Source: an uncultured virus (IMG/VR IMGVR_UViG_3300018405_000012)
Lineage: Duplodnaviria; Heunggongvirae; Uroviricota; Caudoviricetes
Virus record (IMG/VR): IMGVR_UViG_3300018405_000012
Reading direction: 5' to 3' (one strand)
DNA length: 64,000 nt
Part shown: one piece after another, positions 10,255 through 19,572 of the stretch
Numbering within the stretch: position 1 is the stretch's first letter
Layout of the letters: every line of letters begins with the position of its first letter
Notes under the pieces: model-generated
The model's database searches: none
The model's input: only the letters and a program-made list of their open reading frames with translations
Told to the model about the DNA's origin: nothing
Program-made: the position numbers and the translations under genes

Positions 10255-11361
10255 ATGTACACGCTTTTTAACTCCGACCAGCTGTTGCGCCAGACGAACA
10301 CCACGGTCTTCGGGCTGGATTACGTCAAGCGTGAACTGATGGGCACTCAGGTAGAGCGCTATAAACAGTACCGGGCGATGAACCCAGGCTACCTCAAAAG
10401 TGACCATGTACTCCTTAAGATCCTCGGCCTGATCGACATCCCGTTTGACGGTGATCTCCCTGACTATTATCTACAGGTCAGCAGTATCGTTAACCGACTG
10501 GCTGGACAAATGGGTTTCTGCAACGCAGCCCACCACGGACGAGTCAGTACCAAGAGTCAGTTCTACGGCAAGGGAGTCAATGAGATCATCATCGCTGTGA
10601 CCGATGATAACCTGACACCAACACAGATCTGGTTTGGCTGGCGTGACATGTCACCCATTCGGGTCCTGAGCCATCCGGTGATGGGGTGCGGTATCCTTGA
10701 GCTAAATGGGACAGCCGAGTTCAAGGGGCTTCCCGACGGCGCCATGAGCGTGCTGGAATTGAACATCCCGCTGCTGGCCTGTCAGTATCATCTCTGGCGC
10801 ATGGCGGTGCGCACCATGGCCCCTGAAGGCCATACCCTGCCGGCTGCTCATTTTATCACACAGGTCATCATCCCGAATATGCTATCCAGTCATCTGGATG
10901 TGGCAGTACTCAACACCATGCATCATCTATTGGGTGCTGAACAGTACACCAAGATCGATTCGGCGATGCCGTTCTTCACTACAGACCTCTGGCCTCGCTT
11001 GACGAAGGGGTTGGGTGAAATTGTCAACAAGTTCAGCAGTCAGACCAGCTTCTACAAGGACATCCTGAGTAACACTCCCGTGTTCGGTCAGAACAACCTG
11101 CTTCAGACAGTCCGGATGCCCGACATTGCTTACACCAACCAAGCGATCTGGGCGCTGACCATCGCGCGACTCCCAGTCATTGCCATGTTGCTTAAGTTCG
11201 ATGCAGTGAGCTCTAACGCCAAAAACGATTCGGATAAAAACCGTATCCGTCGAAGCCTTAAGGAAGCACAGTCTGGAAAGTACCTGGTCAACCAGATACC
11301 GGCCAATGTTGCCGACTATGTGGCCGGGTTTATAACCGAACACATCGAACCTTACCTATAA
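10255..11361 (+). CDS. Conserved chimallivirus protein (phiKZ gp52-like position)
   Basis: ORF divergent from chimallin; likely start MYTLFN at 10255. Confidence 0.75.
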   Translation: MYTLFNSDQLLRQTNTTVFGLDYVKRELMGTQVERYKQYRAMNPGYLKSDHVLLKILGLIDIPFDGDLPDYYLQVSSIVNRLAGQMGFCNAAHHGRVSTKSQFYGKGVNEIIIAVTDDNLTPTQIWFGWRDMSPIRVLSHPVMGCGILELNGTAEFKGLPDGAMSVLELNIPLLACQYHLWRMAVRTMAPEGHTLPAAHFITQVIIPNMLSSHLDVAVLNTMHHLLGAEQYTKIDSAMPFFTTDLWPRLTKGLGEIVNKFSSQTSFYKDILSNTPVFGQNNLLQTVRMPDIAYTNQAIWALTIARLPVIAMLLKFDAVSSNAKNDSDKNRIRRSLKEAQSGKYLVNQIPANVADYVAGFITEHIEPYL

Positions 11362-11362
11362 G

Positions 11363-11397
11363 GACATAGAGAGGGGCTGAGGCCCCTCCTTATGCCG
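11363..11397. terminator. Hairpin plus TATGCCG between convergent genes
   Basis: GAGGGGC-TGAG-GCCCCTC followed by CTTATGCCG. Confidence 0.65.
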
Positions 11398-11446
11398 TCT
11401 GGCTTATGTCATGGCCAGGAGAACCTCTGACAAGTCACTGTCAAGT

Positions 11447-13732
11447 TTAAAGGAGAAGCCAGTCTTCATCATCGTCCTCGAACAAATCATCGTCATCATC
11501 GTCCTCCAGTGTGCTATTGGCATCTGTTGGCGAAGGCTGCAGATTGATTTCTCCGCTCGGGGTATAGATGTCACTGATGAGCCTGACGTACTTGCTGTCG
11601 ACCTGGAAGATTCCAAGAGACTCAAGGATCATGTAGAACGACTCCAGGATGCCATAGGTCAGTCGACGGATGTCGATCATCGCCATGACTTCGTCGGGCA
11701 TTCCGGTCCCCGACAGGATAGACAGTGGCAGCATCAGGGTGCTGATCTTCTCACGCTCCGACAGGACGCAGTAGTTGCGCAGACGAGCCCCAAATTCAGG
11801 GTCGATGGAGTCGCAGTGTTTGAACCAGGTCTGCATGTCAGTCTTGTTATTTACTGCCAGCGGGACCTTAATGACCGTAAAGGGTGGGGACTCTACATGG
11901 CCGTACTTGGGGGCAAAGATATCTTCCCACATCAGGTAGTGCCGGTACTTGGTCTTCTCCTTGTACGGGTCGTCCTTGTTCATGTTGGCGTACGACTCCT
12001 GAATCTGAGCTGACTGCAGGTAGCGGTGCTCACCTTTCTTGATCGAGGTATAGACGTCCTGCTCATACCGCCAGACGATCTGATAGACTTCCTCTAGGGT
12101 GAACTGCCGGTTTTCATCGGCACGGGTCATGACTTCCTTCATCAGACCTTTAGCTGCCTTGATGATGGTCGGAGGCACTGTGGATGACCGCAACGCCACG
12201 CCCTTGATCTCCATGTCGTAGTCCTTATAGACGTTACCCTCACGGGCCGACATGAATGCGTAGTAGTGTTTGGCACGGCTGGTCAGGGTGAATACAGGGA
12301 AGGCGTATTCGTTCTTCATGGTCAACCGGTGCAGGTCCTGCTGGATCACCCCCATGTTCGCTGACAATTTGGCCAACACATGCACGATGCATTGACAGGC
12401 AATGAACGTCGTGGCGTACCAAATGCCGTCACCTTCCCTTGTCCGCCGGTCGGTACCGGTGTACCACGTCACCCATTCCTGAGTGGTGAAAATGGTCGAG
12501 TCGGTATCGGAAGCCAGCACGCTGCGTCGCAGGATGCCTTTGATGTTGGCCACCGTTGGAGTCAGACTCACCGGAGTGAGGAACACCCGGATAAAGGTAA
12601 AGTACTCCTCCAGGACTCCTTGGACATGATACGCCGTCTTCGCGACCTTTGCCAGTACATCGGTCAGGCCTTTATCCTTGAGGGAGTCAAAGTTCTCCCC
12701 CTTGGTAAGGTCGGCATTGAGGTAGGTGGCCAGCATCAGCAGATCACCGTCGAATGTCTTACCCGTTAGAATAGCGTACGGGTCCTCGATCACAGTGGCG
12801 TCTGAAGCCGGGTCATACTTGATCAGTTTGTCCATCATGGTGCGAACAAACCCATCGTTGTACTGGGCGATGTGGTACAGATCACCGGTATAAACGATGA
12901 TGGCACGTTCCAGTGGGGTGATGCGCACGATGTAGTCAATGATTTTCTGGAATTGTCCCGCGTTACGCCAGTACAGGTCAGTACTGCGGCGAATGCAGTC
13001 AGCCGTTTGTTCGACAGTGGGGTAGGCCAGCCCGCATTTTTCCATGGCCGCTTCGAAAACATCATGCGGCTGAGTGGTGACCAGTGAAAGCATATTGGCC
13101 AAAGCGATAGTCGGGGTGTGGTAATGCCTCGACCCGGCCAGAAGGCGTTCGTTGTTGGCGTTGCCGTATCCAGTTGCCGCCCGGCACATCGACGTCAGGC
13201 TGGAGTGGCCGGATTTAATGTACAGGATGTTACCGGAGAAGCCATGCATGCCAGAGAGGGAGTTGATGCCGATCTTCTTGGCGTTCTGTTCCGCATCCTT
13301 GATCTTTTCAAGGACTTCATCCCCGGCTACCTTGGCGTAAAACATCTCGGTCTTGGCTTTCTTACGGCCGGCAATGCCTTTCTCAACGAAAATGGCAGAC
13401 GGAGACTTAAGCACTTCGGGGTTTTCATAGCAGACCATTGACGGCGACAGGATGCGCTTGCTATCGGTCACTGTTCTGACGTAGGTCAGCAGGGTCATTT
13501 CGGTCTTGACGCGATTACCTGGGCTTTCTTGCTTCAAGACCAGCATGTTCGGGTCACGGAGCGGGAAGTCGCCACCACGCGACAGGTTTCGCTTAAGGAA
13601 ATTCATGGCTTTCTCTTTGGGCTGACCTGTCATGGTCGTGAGAAAGTGAATATTCTGATCGAAATAACCTTTAAGCAGATTTAGGTCGCGTGTGTACTGG
13701 TCTTTGGGAAGAACAAATGGATTTTCCATCAC
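11447..13732 (-). CDS. Family B DNA polymerase, polymerase-domain subunit (phiKZ gp50-like)
   Basis: K-x3-NS-x-SG motif (KIGINSLSG), SDTDS, MKNE, KHYY and EIKGV motifs; no obvious exonuclease domain. Confidence 0.9.
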   Translation of the reverse strand: MMENPFVLPKDQYTRDLNLLKGYFDQNIHFLTTMTGQPKEKAMNFLKRNLSRGGDFPLRDPNMLVLKQESPGNRVKTEMTLLTYVRTVTDSKRILSPSMVCYENPEVLKSPSAIFVEKGIAGRKKAKTEMFYAKVAGDEVLEKIKDAEQNAKKIGINSLSGMHGFSGNILYIKSGHSSLTSMCRAATGYGNANNERLLAGSRHYHTPTIALANMLSLVTTQPHDVFEAAMEKCGLAYPTVEQTADCIRRSTDLYWRNAGQFQKIIDYIVRITPLERAIIVYTGDLYHIAQYNDGFVRTMMDKLIKYDPASDATVIEDPYAILTGKTFDGDLLMLATYLNADLTKGENFDSLKDKGLTDVLAKVAKTAYHVQGVLEEYFTFIRVFLTPVSLTPTVANIKGILRRSVLASDTDSTIFTTQEWVTWYTGTDRRTREGDGIWYATTFIACQCIVHVLAKLSANMGVIQQDLHRLTMKNEYAFPVFTLTSRAKHYYAFMSAREGNVYKDYDMEIKGVALRSSTVPPTIIKAAKGLMKEVMTRADENRQFTLEEVYQIVWRYEQDVYTSIKKGEHRYLQSAQIQESYANMNKDDPYKEKTKYRHYLMWEDIFAPKYGHVESPPFTVIKVPLAVNNKTDMQTWFKHCDSIDPEFGARLRNYCVLSEREKISTLMLPLSILSGTGMPDEVMAMIDIRRLTYGILESFYMILESLGIFQVDSKYVRLISDIYTPSGEINLQPSPTDANSTLEDDDDDDLFEDDDEDWLLL

Positions 13733-13749
13733 TCGGCCTCAAATTGGAC

Positions 13750-13798
13750 AAAAAAGAAATAAGTGGGAGCTCTCATAGAGAGAGCTCCTTTTGTTTTT
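13750..13798. terminator. Bidirectional terminator-like hairpin
   Basis: GGAGCTCTC-ATAGA-GAGAGCTCC flanked by A- and T-runs. Confidence 0.65.
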
Positions 13799-14354
13799 AT
13801 TCACTGTCAGCATTTGCCACCACATACACCATGGTGTCCTCTTCCCGGACAGGGTAGAAGTCCAGCAAGTAGAAGCCTTCGTTGGTCCTCAGGAGGTCAC
13901 AGACATTGTCAAAACCTTGCGGGAAAACGCCACAGTTGCAGAAGTTGACCACGTGCTCGATGATGTCTGATGCACAATCGTCAATGTCTGTCAATCCATA
14001 GATGTCATCCATCATGGCCTCGGCCATGTCGGTGTTACCCATCTGCTCGCGCATCAGGACATCCACCATGGCAGAGGGAGACAGGGTGTGTTCAAGACAC
14101 ATGACCATCTCATTGGGTGTTTCGTACCGAAGCAAGGTGGCTTTAACCATATCGTAGAACTCGGTGTACTTATCGAAGTACGCCTCGTCAAACGAATAGA
14201 GCAGGAAGGTTTCTCGCTCAGGGTCGCGGCTGAGAATGAAGTCGTTGGACCGGGTGGGATAGCTTACCCGGCGTTTAGCCCTCAAATGTAAAGTCTTCGA
14301 TCCCATTTTGCAAGAATGCCTGTCGAATGATATTCTCAGTGGACGGGGTAGCAT
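13797..14354 (-). CDS. Hypothetical acidic protein (start uncertain, probably shorter)
   Basis: ORF track; 5' part overlaps the upstream gene. Confidence 0.6.
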   Translation of the reverse strand: MLPRPLRISFDRHSCKMGSKTLHLRAKRRVSYPTRSNDFILSRDPERETFLLYSFDEAYFDKYTEFYDMVKATLLRYETPNEMVMCLEHTLSPSAMVDVLMREQMGNTDMAEAMMDDIYGLTDIDDCASDIIEHVVNFCNCGVFPQGFDNVCDLLRTNEGFYLLDFYPVREEDTMVYVVANADSE

Positions 14355-14664
14355 TTCGGACCCGGATGAACAACTCGCGGTTGTCGATCACCTCGATGGT
14401 TTCGTGACGAATCCATGGCACACCGAGGACTTCAATCTCACCGTTACCGTAGCGCAACTTGACGTAGCTGTACGCTCCTGCGCTACCCGGTAGGTCGGTG
14501 ATGTAGTTCTTGACCTGTGCGTGTTTGGCGCGCACATCGGACAGAAGCATCGCGGTGTCCAAGTCCAAAACAGCCAACACGGTGACGTTCTGGCGGTTGG
14601 AGCCAAGGGCTGCCGGAGCAGCCGTGTCAAACTTAACAGTGGAGCCGATGTAATTGGTGATCAT
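14275..14664 (-). CDS. Conserved beta-rich chimallivirus protein (possible SH3-like fold)
   Basis: 129 aa, YSYVKL...VLGVPWI; near the DNA polymerase gene. Confidence 0.7.
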   Translation of the reverse strand: MITNYIGSTVKFDTAAPAALGSNRQNVTVLAVLDLDTAMLLSDVRAKHAQVKNYITDLPGSAGAYSYVKLRYGNGEIEVLGVPWIRHETIEVIDNRELFIRVRNATPSTENIIRQAFLQNGIEDFTFEG

Positions 14665-14666
14665 GG

Positions 14667-14966
14667 TTATAGATCCTCAAATGTAAGAATGAAAGTGCCA
14701 TCTGTGTCCATCACCTCGACGTCGATCCAGCGACGATCGCTCAGTTGGGTGAGTAATCCATCTTTTTTCACCTGTAACACCCACCTCATGTCAAATGCGA
14801 ACTCCTCGCTCAGGGCGCGGTGAAACGCTCGCATGAGCAGTGCACGCAGGTATTTGCGTACCTCAAGGGGGAGGTCAGATGAAGGTGGGATATCCGGGTC
14901 AATAGAATGGCACACCTCGGGAAGTAACTCAGCAATAACTTCAGAAATGCCAATAAGGATCATCAC
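14667..14966 (-). CDS. Hypothetical protein
   Basis: ORF in tightly packed operon. Confidence 0.65.
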   Translation of the reverse strand: MMILIGISEVIAELLPEVCHSIDPDIPPSSDLPLEVRKYLRALLMRAFHRALSEEFAFDMRWVLQVKKDGLLTQLSDRRWIDVEVMDTDGTFILTFEDL

Positions 14967-14994
14967 GTTGCTCGATGATGTAATGGAAGGTGAT

Positions 14995-15330
14995 TTAACG
15001 TGCGGTGATTACGATGGTTTCGTCAGGTTCACTGTAAGCCATGTGGGCAATGGATCGGCGATCCAGTCCACGGGTGGCTCTATCCACCGCACAATAGAGG
15101 TTGATCATGGCGTTCCGCAGACCCACGAAATCATCGGCTGTCTCGCTCAAGTCAGGTGGAAACAATCCGCCCGCGAATTCGTCGACGAAATGCTCGCCAC
15201 GGCGCGCCCAGTCACCGTATAAGGAGAAGATCTCATCAAAGTCGTAGGAATGGTCCATCAACCGTGAGAGGTCGTCAATAAAATCCGTGTAAATGTCTCT
15301 CCCATCGATTAGGATAATTTGTTCAGCCAT
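14995..15330 (-). CDS. Hypothetical acidic protein
   Basis: 111-aa ORF coupled to the upstream stop. Confidence 0.7.
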   Translation of the reverse strand: MAEQIILIDGRDIYTDFIDDLSRLMDHSYDFDEIFSLYGDWARRGEHFVDEFAGGLFPPDLSETADDFVGLRNAMINLYCAVDRATRGLDRRSIAHMAYSEPDETIVITAR

Positions 15331-15733
15331 CGGATATTCTCACTACAAATCCTTGATCATAAGGGTCGTACCGGATCAAATCAATCACTAAATGATCCTG
15401 GTCGTTATATAGACTCAAATGATCGGAGAGATCTGCAAGGATCTCTACCACGGACTCGAATGCTTCTTCTGCCTGAACCATAACTGCGGAGAGGTCGCGG
15501 GACCGGGTGCCAGGGTTCTTATAGCTTGTCCAGAATCTCAATACATTCCCATATTCAGCCGGGAGGCAGTTGTAAATAACTCCTCGCATGGCTGAGACAA
15601 CGGCAATGGACAGCAGCGGTTTAGGGATGGACTGCAAGGCTTCCTTATTGTCAGGGACCATCAGCACCAATGGCAGGGCTGGACGGTCACTTATCTGGAA
15701 GTGGGACGATCTCAATGTAGGCCGAATCATCAT
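15323..15733 (-). CDS. Hypothetical protein
   Basis: 136-aa ORF in operon. Confidence 0.65.
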   Translation of the reverse strand: MMIRPTLRSSHFQISDRPALPLVLMVPDNKEALQSIPKPLLSIAVVSAMRGVIYNCLPAEYGNVLRFWTSYKNPGTRSRDLSAVMVQAEEAFESVVEILADLSDHLSLYNDQDHLVIDLIRYDPYDQGFVVRISDG

Positions 15734-16037
15734 CGGGATTTACCCCCATTAGGCGGATAGCTTGGGCCTGCCGTTGGATCAATTCCGTTTGGCCATTCAG
15801 CTGGTCGATTAACTGGCTCAGGTGATCTCGAATTTGCATCGAGTAGCTATCGGGGTAGCGAGAATTCAATAGGACCTGTTCCGGGAAGCGATCGTGCCGG
15901 TAATCGGACAGTGCGGTGGAGAGGTATTCAAATAGCTCTTCCAACGACATGCCGCTGGCCTGTAAGACGTGTGTCAAGTTCACTAAGAACTCGCCACTGG
16001 TTTTCAAGGTGATAATAGCGCGGATCGCAGGTGGCAC
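15687..16037 (-). CDS. Hypothetical protein (start uncertain; 3' part of the 202-aa track ORF)
   Basis: In-frame GTG at 16037; C-terminal half looks protein-like. Confidence 0.5.
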   Translation of the reverse strand: MPPAIRAIITLKTSGEFLVNLTHVLQASGMSLEELFEYLSTALSDYRHDRFPEQVLLNSRYPDSYSMQIRDHLSQLIDQLNGQTELIQRQAQAIRLMGVNPDDDSAYIEIVPLPDK

Positions 16038-16383
16038 TGACGTAAAGGTCTTCGTCGGTACTGACGTAGTTAACTTTGAGCAAGTGGTAGGTTGATTCCG
16101 ATTCAGAATGAAACGTGTCTTTGGCATAGTAGACTCGAAGTTGGTAAAGGATATTGCCGAACGCGCAATAGAGATCTTCCATCCATGCCACGATGGGTTC
16201 GGCAAGTTCGGGGTTGTGATCGATGAGGTCTTCGGCGAAGAACGAATCATCGAACACGTAATAGGCGATTGCGGCATAAAGGAGTGCCGAGGCACCTAGA
16301 CGTTCGGCCAGTGTTTCACCGAACGTCTGAAATGCCTCATCAAATGGTAACCTTATAGCAATTGAGCTTATCCCAGTCGACAC
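15928..16383 (-). CDS. Hypothetical acidic protein
   Basis: 151-aa ORF, GGAGG RBS. Confidence 0.7.
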   Translation of the reverse strand: MSTGISSIAIRLPFDEAFQTFGETLAERLGASALLYAAIAYYVFDDSFFAEDLIDHNPELAEPIVAWMEDLYCAFGNILYQLRVYYAKDTFHSESESTYHLLKVNYVSTDEDLYVSATCDPRYYHLENQWRVLSELDTRLTGQRHVVGRAI

Positions 16384-16831
16384 GGGCGCGAACCTCCAAT
16401 ACCATCAGACCGTCGCAATATTCGACGACCCTGTAGGCGAAAGGTTGGGATGACAACACTCCATGAAATTCTTCATGGAGTCTCTCGGTGATACGTTTAA
16501 TCTCATCGATACGTCCGGCATACTCATCCTTGGCTACCAGACGAGTCCAAGCCATGCCCGCAGGCGTGTCAAGGACGTTCAGGCCTGACATGGCGCAGTT
16601 GGCCATCTCGGCCATTGGCACCATGACACCAATTTTACCCAGGCGCCTGTACAGGATTTTGAAGTCATCATGGTCCATGGGAGAATGGACCATCACATAC
16701 CGGACCGTGTTGGGGCCTGGATCAACGGTGACTTGTGAGTACTTGTACGGCGTGGGCTTAAATGTACGCAGCCAGTTCGTCGAGAGCCCTACGTATCCGT
16801 TCGGGGTAGAAATCACCTTGCATGGTCGCAT
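16340..16831 (-). CDS. Hypothetical protein
   Basis: 163-aa ORF, start uncertain. Confidence 0.6.
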   Translation of the reverse strand: MRPCKVISTPNGYVGLSTNWLRTFKPTPYKYSQVTVDPGPNTVRYVMVHSPMDHDDFKILYRRLGKIGVMVPMAEMANCAMSGLNVLDTPAGMAWTRLVAKDEYAGRIDEIKRITERLHEEFHGVLSSQPFAYRVVEYCDGLMVLEVRARVDWDKLNCYKVTI

Positions 16832-17198
16832 GCTGGTATTCGTCCTTCAGGTGTTTAACCGGGTCTGGGGCAGGCTTAGGTTGCTGAGTGACTACAAGCG
16901 TTTCTTCCTTGGGCAAGTAGTCCAGCACGGCTATGTCGGTGGTGGGGTTTATACAGCTTTCCACGAGCTGGGTGAAGCTTTCAACAATACGGTCAAGAGG
17001 AGCGTAATCTTCAAGCCAGTCTGTCCAGGGCGCTGCCAGTCGATCAAGGAGCTCATCGGTCTGGCAATGGTTATAACTGTCAACCAGACGCTGCATGGCA
17101 TTGGTCACCTCGGCTGCAAAACAGACGCCGAGGTTCTCACTGACAATTGCTTCAATATTCTGCTCAAGCTCGCTGGCACCAAGTAGATACCGAGCCAT
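16758..17198 (-). CDS. Hypothetical acidic protein
   Basis: 146-aa ORF, GAGGAG RBS. Confidence 0.75.
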   Translation of the reverse strand: MARYLLGASELEQNIEAIVSENLGVCFAAEVTNAMQRLVDSYNHCQTDELLDRLAAPWTDWLEDYAPLDRIVESFTQLVESCINPTTDIAVLDYLPKEETLVVTQQPKPAPDPVKHLKDEYQHATMQGDFYPERIRRALDELAAYI

Positions 17199-17217
17199 GT
17201 CAGTCTCCTCTAGGGCG

Positions 17218-17820
17218 CTAGTAGCGTTTAATGGCCTGGTCGAAGATCAGCTTCAGTTCGTCGCGCATGGCTGGTGATTGGACCGAGCCAAGGACTTCAC
17301 GCACCATCCGGTCGATGTACTCAGCCATGGCTTGCGTATTGAGTTCATCTTCTCCGATCTTCGGCGGGGTGCGGTCCTTCAAGCTGCGCTTGAGAGCCTG
17401 ATACCGCTGGTTGATCAAATCTCCGGTCACCTCAATGAGGACGTCCTCATCTTCAACGACCATGGTGAAGACCTTACGTTCAAGGTACGGCTGAACCTTG
17501 TCGTCAACCGCATCGAACAGGACCGTAAGATAAAGGTAATGATCATCTACCTCTATCATCAGGTTGTCGAGTTCTTCTGTCGACAGGGATTTGACCGGAT
17601 ACCCCAAGTCATGCAACAGCTGGACCACCGGATCGGGTTTATTCCGAATATGTTTGACTGACTGCAATATCAGGTTCTTACAGAGTTCACCGGCTGCAAG
17701 GGTCAGCTGATTGTCACGCTCTCGCTTGTCTTCTGGTAGTCTGTGGCCGTGTGGCCATAAATCCAGGGTGCTCTCAATATATGCGAGCAACTCAGTAAAG
17801 GGTACTATGATGAACTTCAC
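17218..17820 (-). CDS. Hypothetical protein
   Basis: 200-aa ORF, GTGA start/stop overlap. Confidence 0.75.
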   Translation of the reverse strand: MKFIIVPFTELLAYIESTLDLWPHGHRLPEDKRERDNQLTLAAGELCKNLILQSVKHIRNKPDPVVQLLHDLGYPVKSLSTEELDNLMIEVDDHYLYLTVLFDAVDDKVQPYLERKVFTMVVEDEDVLIEVTGDLINQRYQALKRSLKDRTPPKIGEDELNTQAMAEYIDRMVREVLGSVQSPAMRDELKLIFDQAIKRY

Positions 17821-18167
17821 ACGACTACTCCCGTCACCAGTTTTCGTTTGGTCACAATCAGTTCGGTTGTCGTCATCTCAATCGAAATGACGTACTGTGC
17901 CAAGTGCTCCATGAGTACCTGACCGACTGATGAGATAATGTTGATGTTATCCCTGGCTTGCAGGGCTTGAATAAGTCGATACTGCTCAGTCAGAGATGGG
18001 CACTTCGGGTAGCTGGATACAACGGTCAGATTACCCAAAACCACCAGATCCCTCTCGACGACGTATTGCCACGCTAGAGGCGAGAACTCCCCACCCCTAT
18101 CCAGGGTATCGGTTAAAGCAAAAACGTCGAATATGAGCACGCTGGGTGCGTTTAAATGGATGGTCAT
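17817..18167 (-). CDS. Hypothetical protein
   Basis: 116-aa ORF, GAGG RBS. Confidence 0.7.
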   Translation of the reverse strand: MTIHLNAPSVLIFDVFALTDTLDRGGEFSPLAWQYVVERDLVVLGNLTVVSSYPKCPSLTEQYRLIQALQARDNINIISSVGQVLMEHLAQYVISIEMTTTELIVTKRKLVTGVVV

Positions 18168-18237
18168 GTCCCCCCTCAGAAGATAAGGACGGGCTGTTCG
18201 TTTTTACCGGTATTTGAGGCGACATAAAAGAAAAGTA

Positions 18238-18263
18238 AGAGGGAGGACCTAGGTCCTCCCTCT
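18238..18263. terminator. Perfect 26-bp palindrome, terminator-like hairpin
   Basis: AGAGGGAGGACCT|AGGTCCTCCCTCT next to an A-rich run. Confidence 0.65.
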
Positions 18264-18271
18264 ATACCGGG

Positions 18272-18481
18272 TTAGCTGAAGCTGGTGAACGAATTGTCCG
18301 GATTGACCTTGTTCAAAGCAGGGCCGTGGATTTCGAAACTATATCGGGTTTCTTGAAAAAGGTGATGCCATTCACCGGTCTTGCAGCGATGACATTCATA
18401 CCCGATTCCAGTCTGTGGGGTGGCATGGATGGAATCAGCGTTACCGCAACGCTCACATTCAAAGACGGAACACATTCTCAA
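18272..18481 (-). CDS. Small Zn-ribbon protein
   Basis: CERC...CHRC motifs. Confidence 0.7.
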   Translation of the reverse strand: MRMCSVFECERCGNADSIHATPQTGIGYECHRCKTGEWHHLFQETRYSFEIHGPALNKVNPDNSFTSFS

Positions 18482-18537
18482 ATCTCCTTAAAGTTGAGGG
18501 TGTCTATATCAACTTCATTATGTATGGCTTCAGAAAT

Positions 18538-18786
18538 TTACTGGTAATTTGGAACGAGGATACGCTGCTGCCATGGCATCACTTGTTGATCAGGTTCGAG
18601 ATCGTCGCATTCGTAAATTCCCACCACCCGATTGTCGTCGGTGACGTACGCGTATTCACAACCGGGAAACTGACGCAGGGCCTCAGCAATATCCAGTGCA
18701 CCAATGGTCGACGAAAAGGGTTGGCTGGTGTGTACCAGTCGTTTCTTGGACCGTTTTTCTACGTCTTCTGGTGCTGAAGTATTCAT
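18538..18786 (-). CDS. Hypothetical protein
   Basis: 82-aa ORF with AAGGA RBS. Confidence 0.65.
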   Translation of the reverse strand: MNTSAPEDVEKRSKKRLVHTSQPFSSTIGALDIAEALRQFPGCEYAYVTDDNRVVGIYECDDLEPDQQVMPWQQRILVPNYQ

Positions 18787-18801
18787 AAGAGGTCTTCCTT
18801 A

Positions 18802-19503
18802 TCAGAGAGGGAGGGTGGTCGGCAAGCTACCGTCTTCGGCATTCTCGAACTTCAGAAGCTTACGGGCATATGCTTCAGCTTCCTCCAGAGTCTCGGTCGG
18901 ATAGACGTTGACTTCGAGTCCTGTCCAGTCGGTGTATTCGCGCTGAAACGCCTCGTGCTCATGTACACCGTATTCCAGTTGGTGGCAGTTGAGCTGAATG
19001 TCGTAATCGGTGTCGTCACTGAAGCCGATGATCGACAGGTCGGATTCAGGTTCAGTAATCTTGAACGCGCCAGTCTTGGGTGGTGCGACCCGGAAACTGG
19101 GGTCTTGCACGCCCTTGAGCCAGATAGGTTCGGGGAAATTGCTATTGAAGCAGTAGTGGGTGACGTTCTCCTCGAATACGGTCACCTCGGTTGCTTCCGG
19201 CCAGTACAGCTTGACATGCTCGATTTCTTCCACATACGCCATCAGCATGTTGGCATCGTCAGACATGCGGACGATCCAGTAAGGATGGTACAGTGGCCAT
19301 GCAATTGGGCGGGAATCGTGGATGTAGGCCTCATTGTTCAAATGACGCGGTGGCACCGGCGACAGGAAACCTACACGCAGCAAGTTGATCTTACCGAAGA
19401 CGGGTTTATGAATGAACGCCTGCTCCTGATGGGGCTTGGTGATGAGTTCGTACATCGGCTTACCGTCAACGCCGAGGATAATGTTGGGATCTTGCTTGGA
19501 CAT
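18802..19503 (-). CDS. Two-domain protein with a C-terminal degenerate (inactive) GIY-YIG domain
   Basis: Ungapped hand alignment to the GIY-YIG at 20549-21316; start MSKQDPN with GGAG RBS. Confidence 0.7.
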   Translation of the reverse strand: MSKQDPNIILGVDGKPMYELITKPHQEQAFIHKPVFGKINLLRVGFLSPVPPRHLNNEAYIHDSRPIAWPLYHPYWIVRMSDDANMLMAYVEEIEHVKLYWPEATEVTVFEENVTHYCFNSNFPEPIWLKGVQDPSFRVAPPKTGAFKITEPESDLSIIGFSDDTDYDIQLNCHQLEYGVHEHEAFQREYTDWTGLEVNVYPTETLEEAEAYARKLLKFENAEDGSLPTTLPL

Positions 19504-19530
19504 GGGTGAGTCTCCGTAGATGTGGGATGG

Positions 19531-19564
19531 CGGCATAACGACAGCGGGATTGCTCCCGCTGTCG
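19531..19564 (-). terminator. Hairpin plus TATGCCG downstream of phuZ
   Basis: CGACAGCGGGA-TTGC-TCCCGCTGTCG preceded on + by CGGCATA. Confidence 0.65.
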
Positions 19565-19572
19565 TGTATTAC

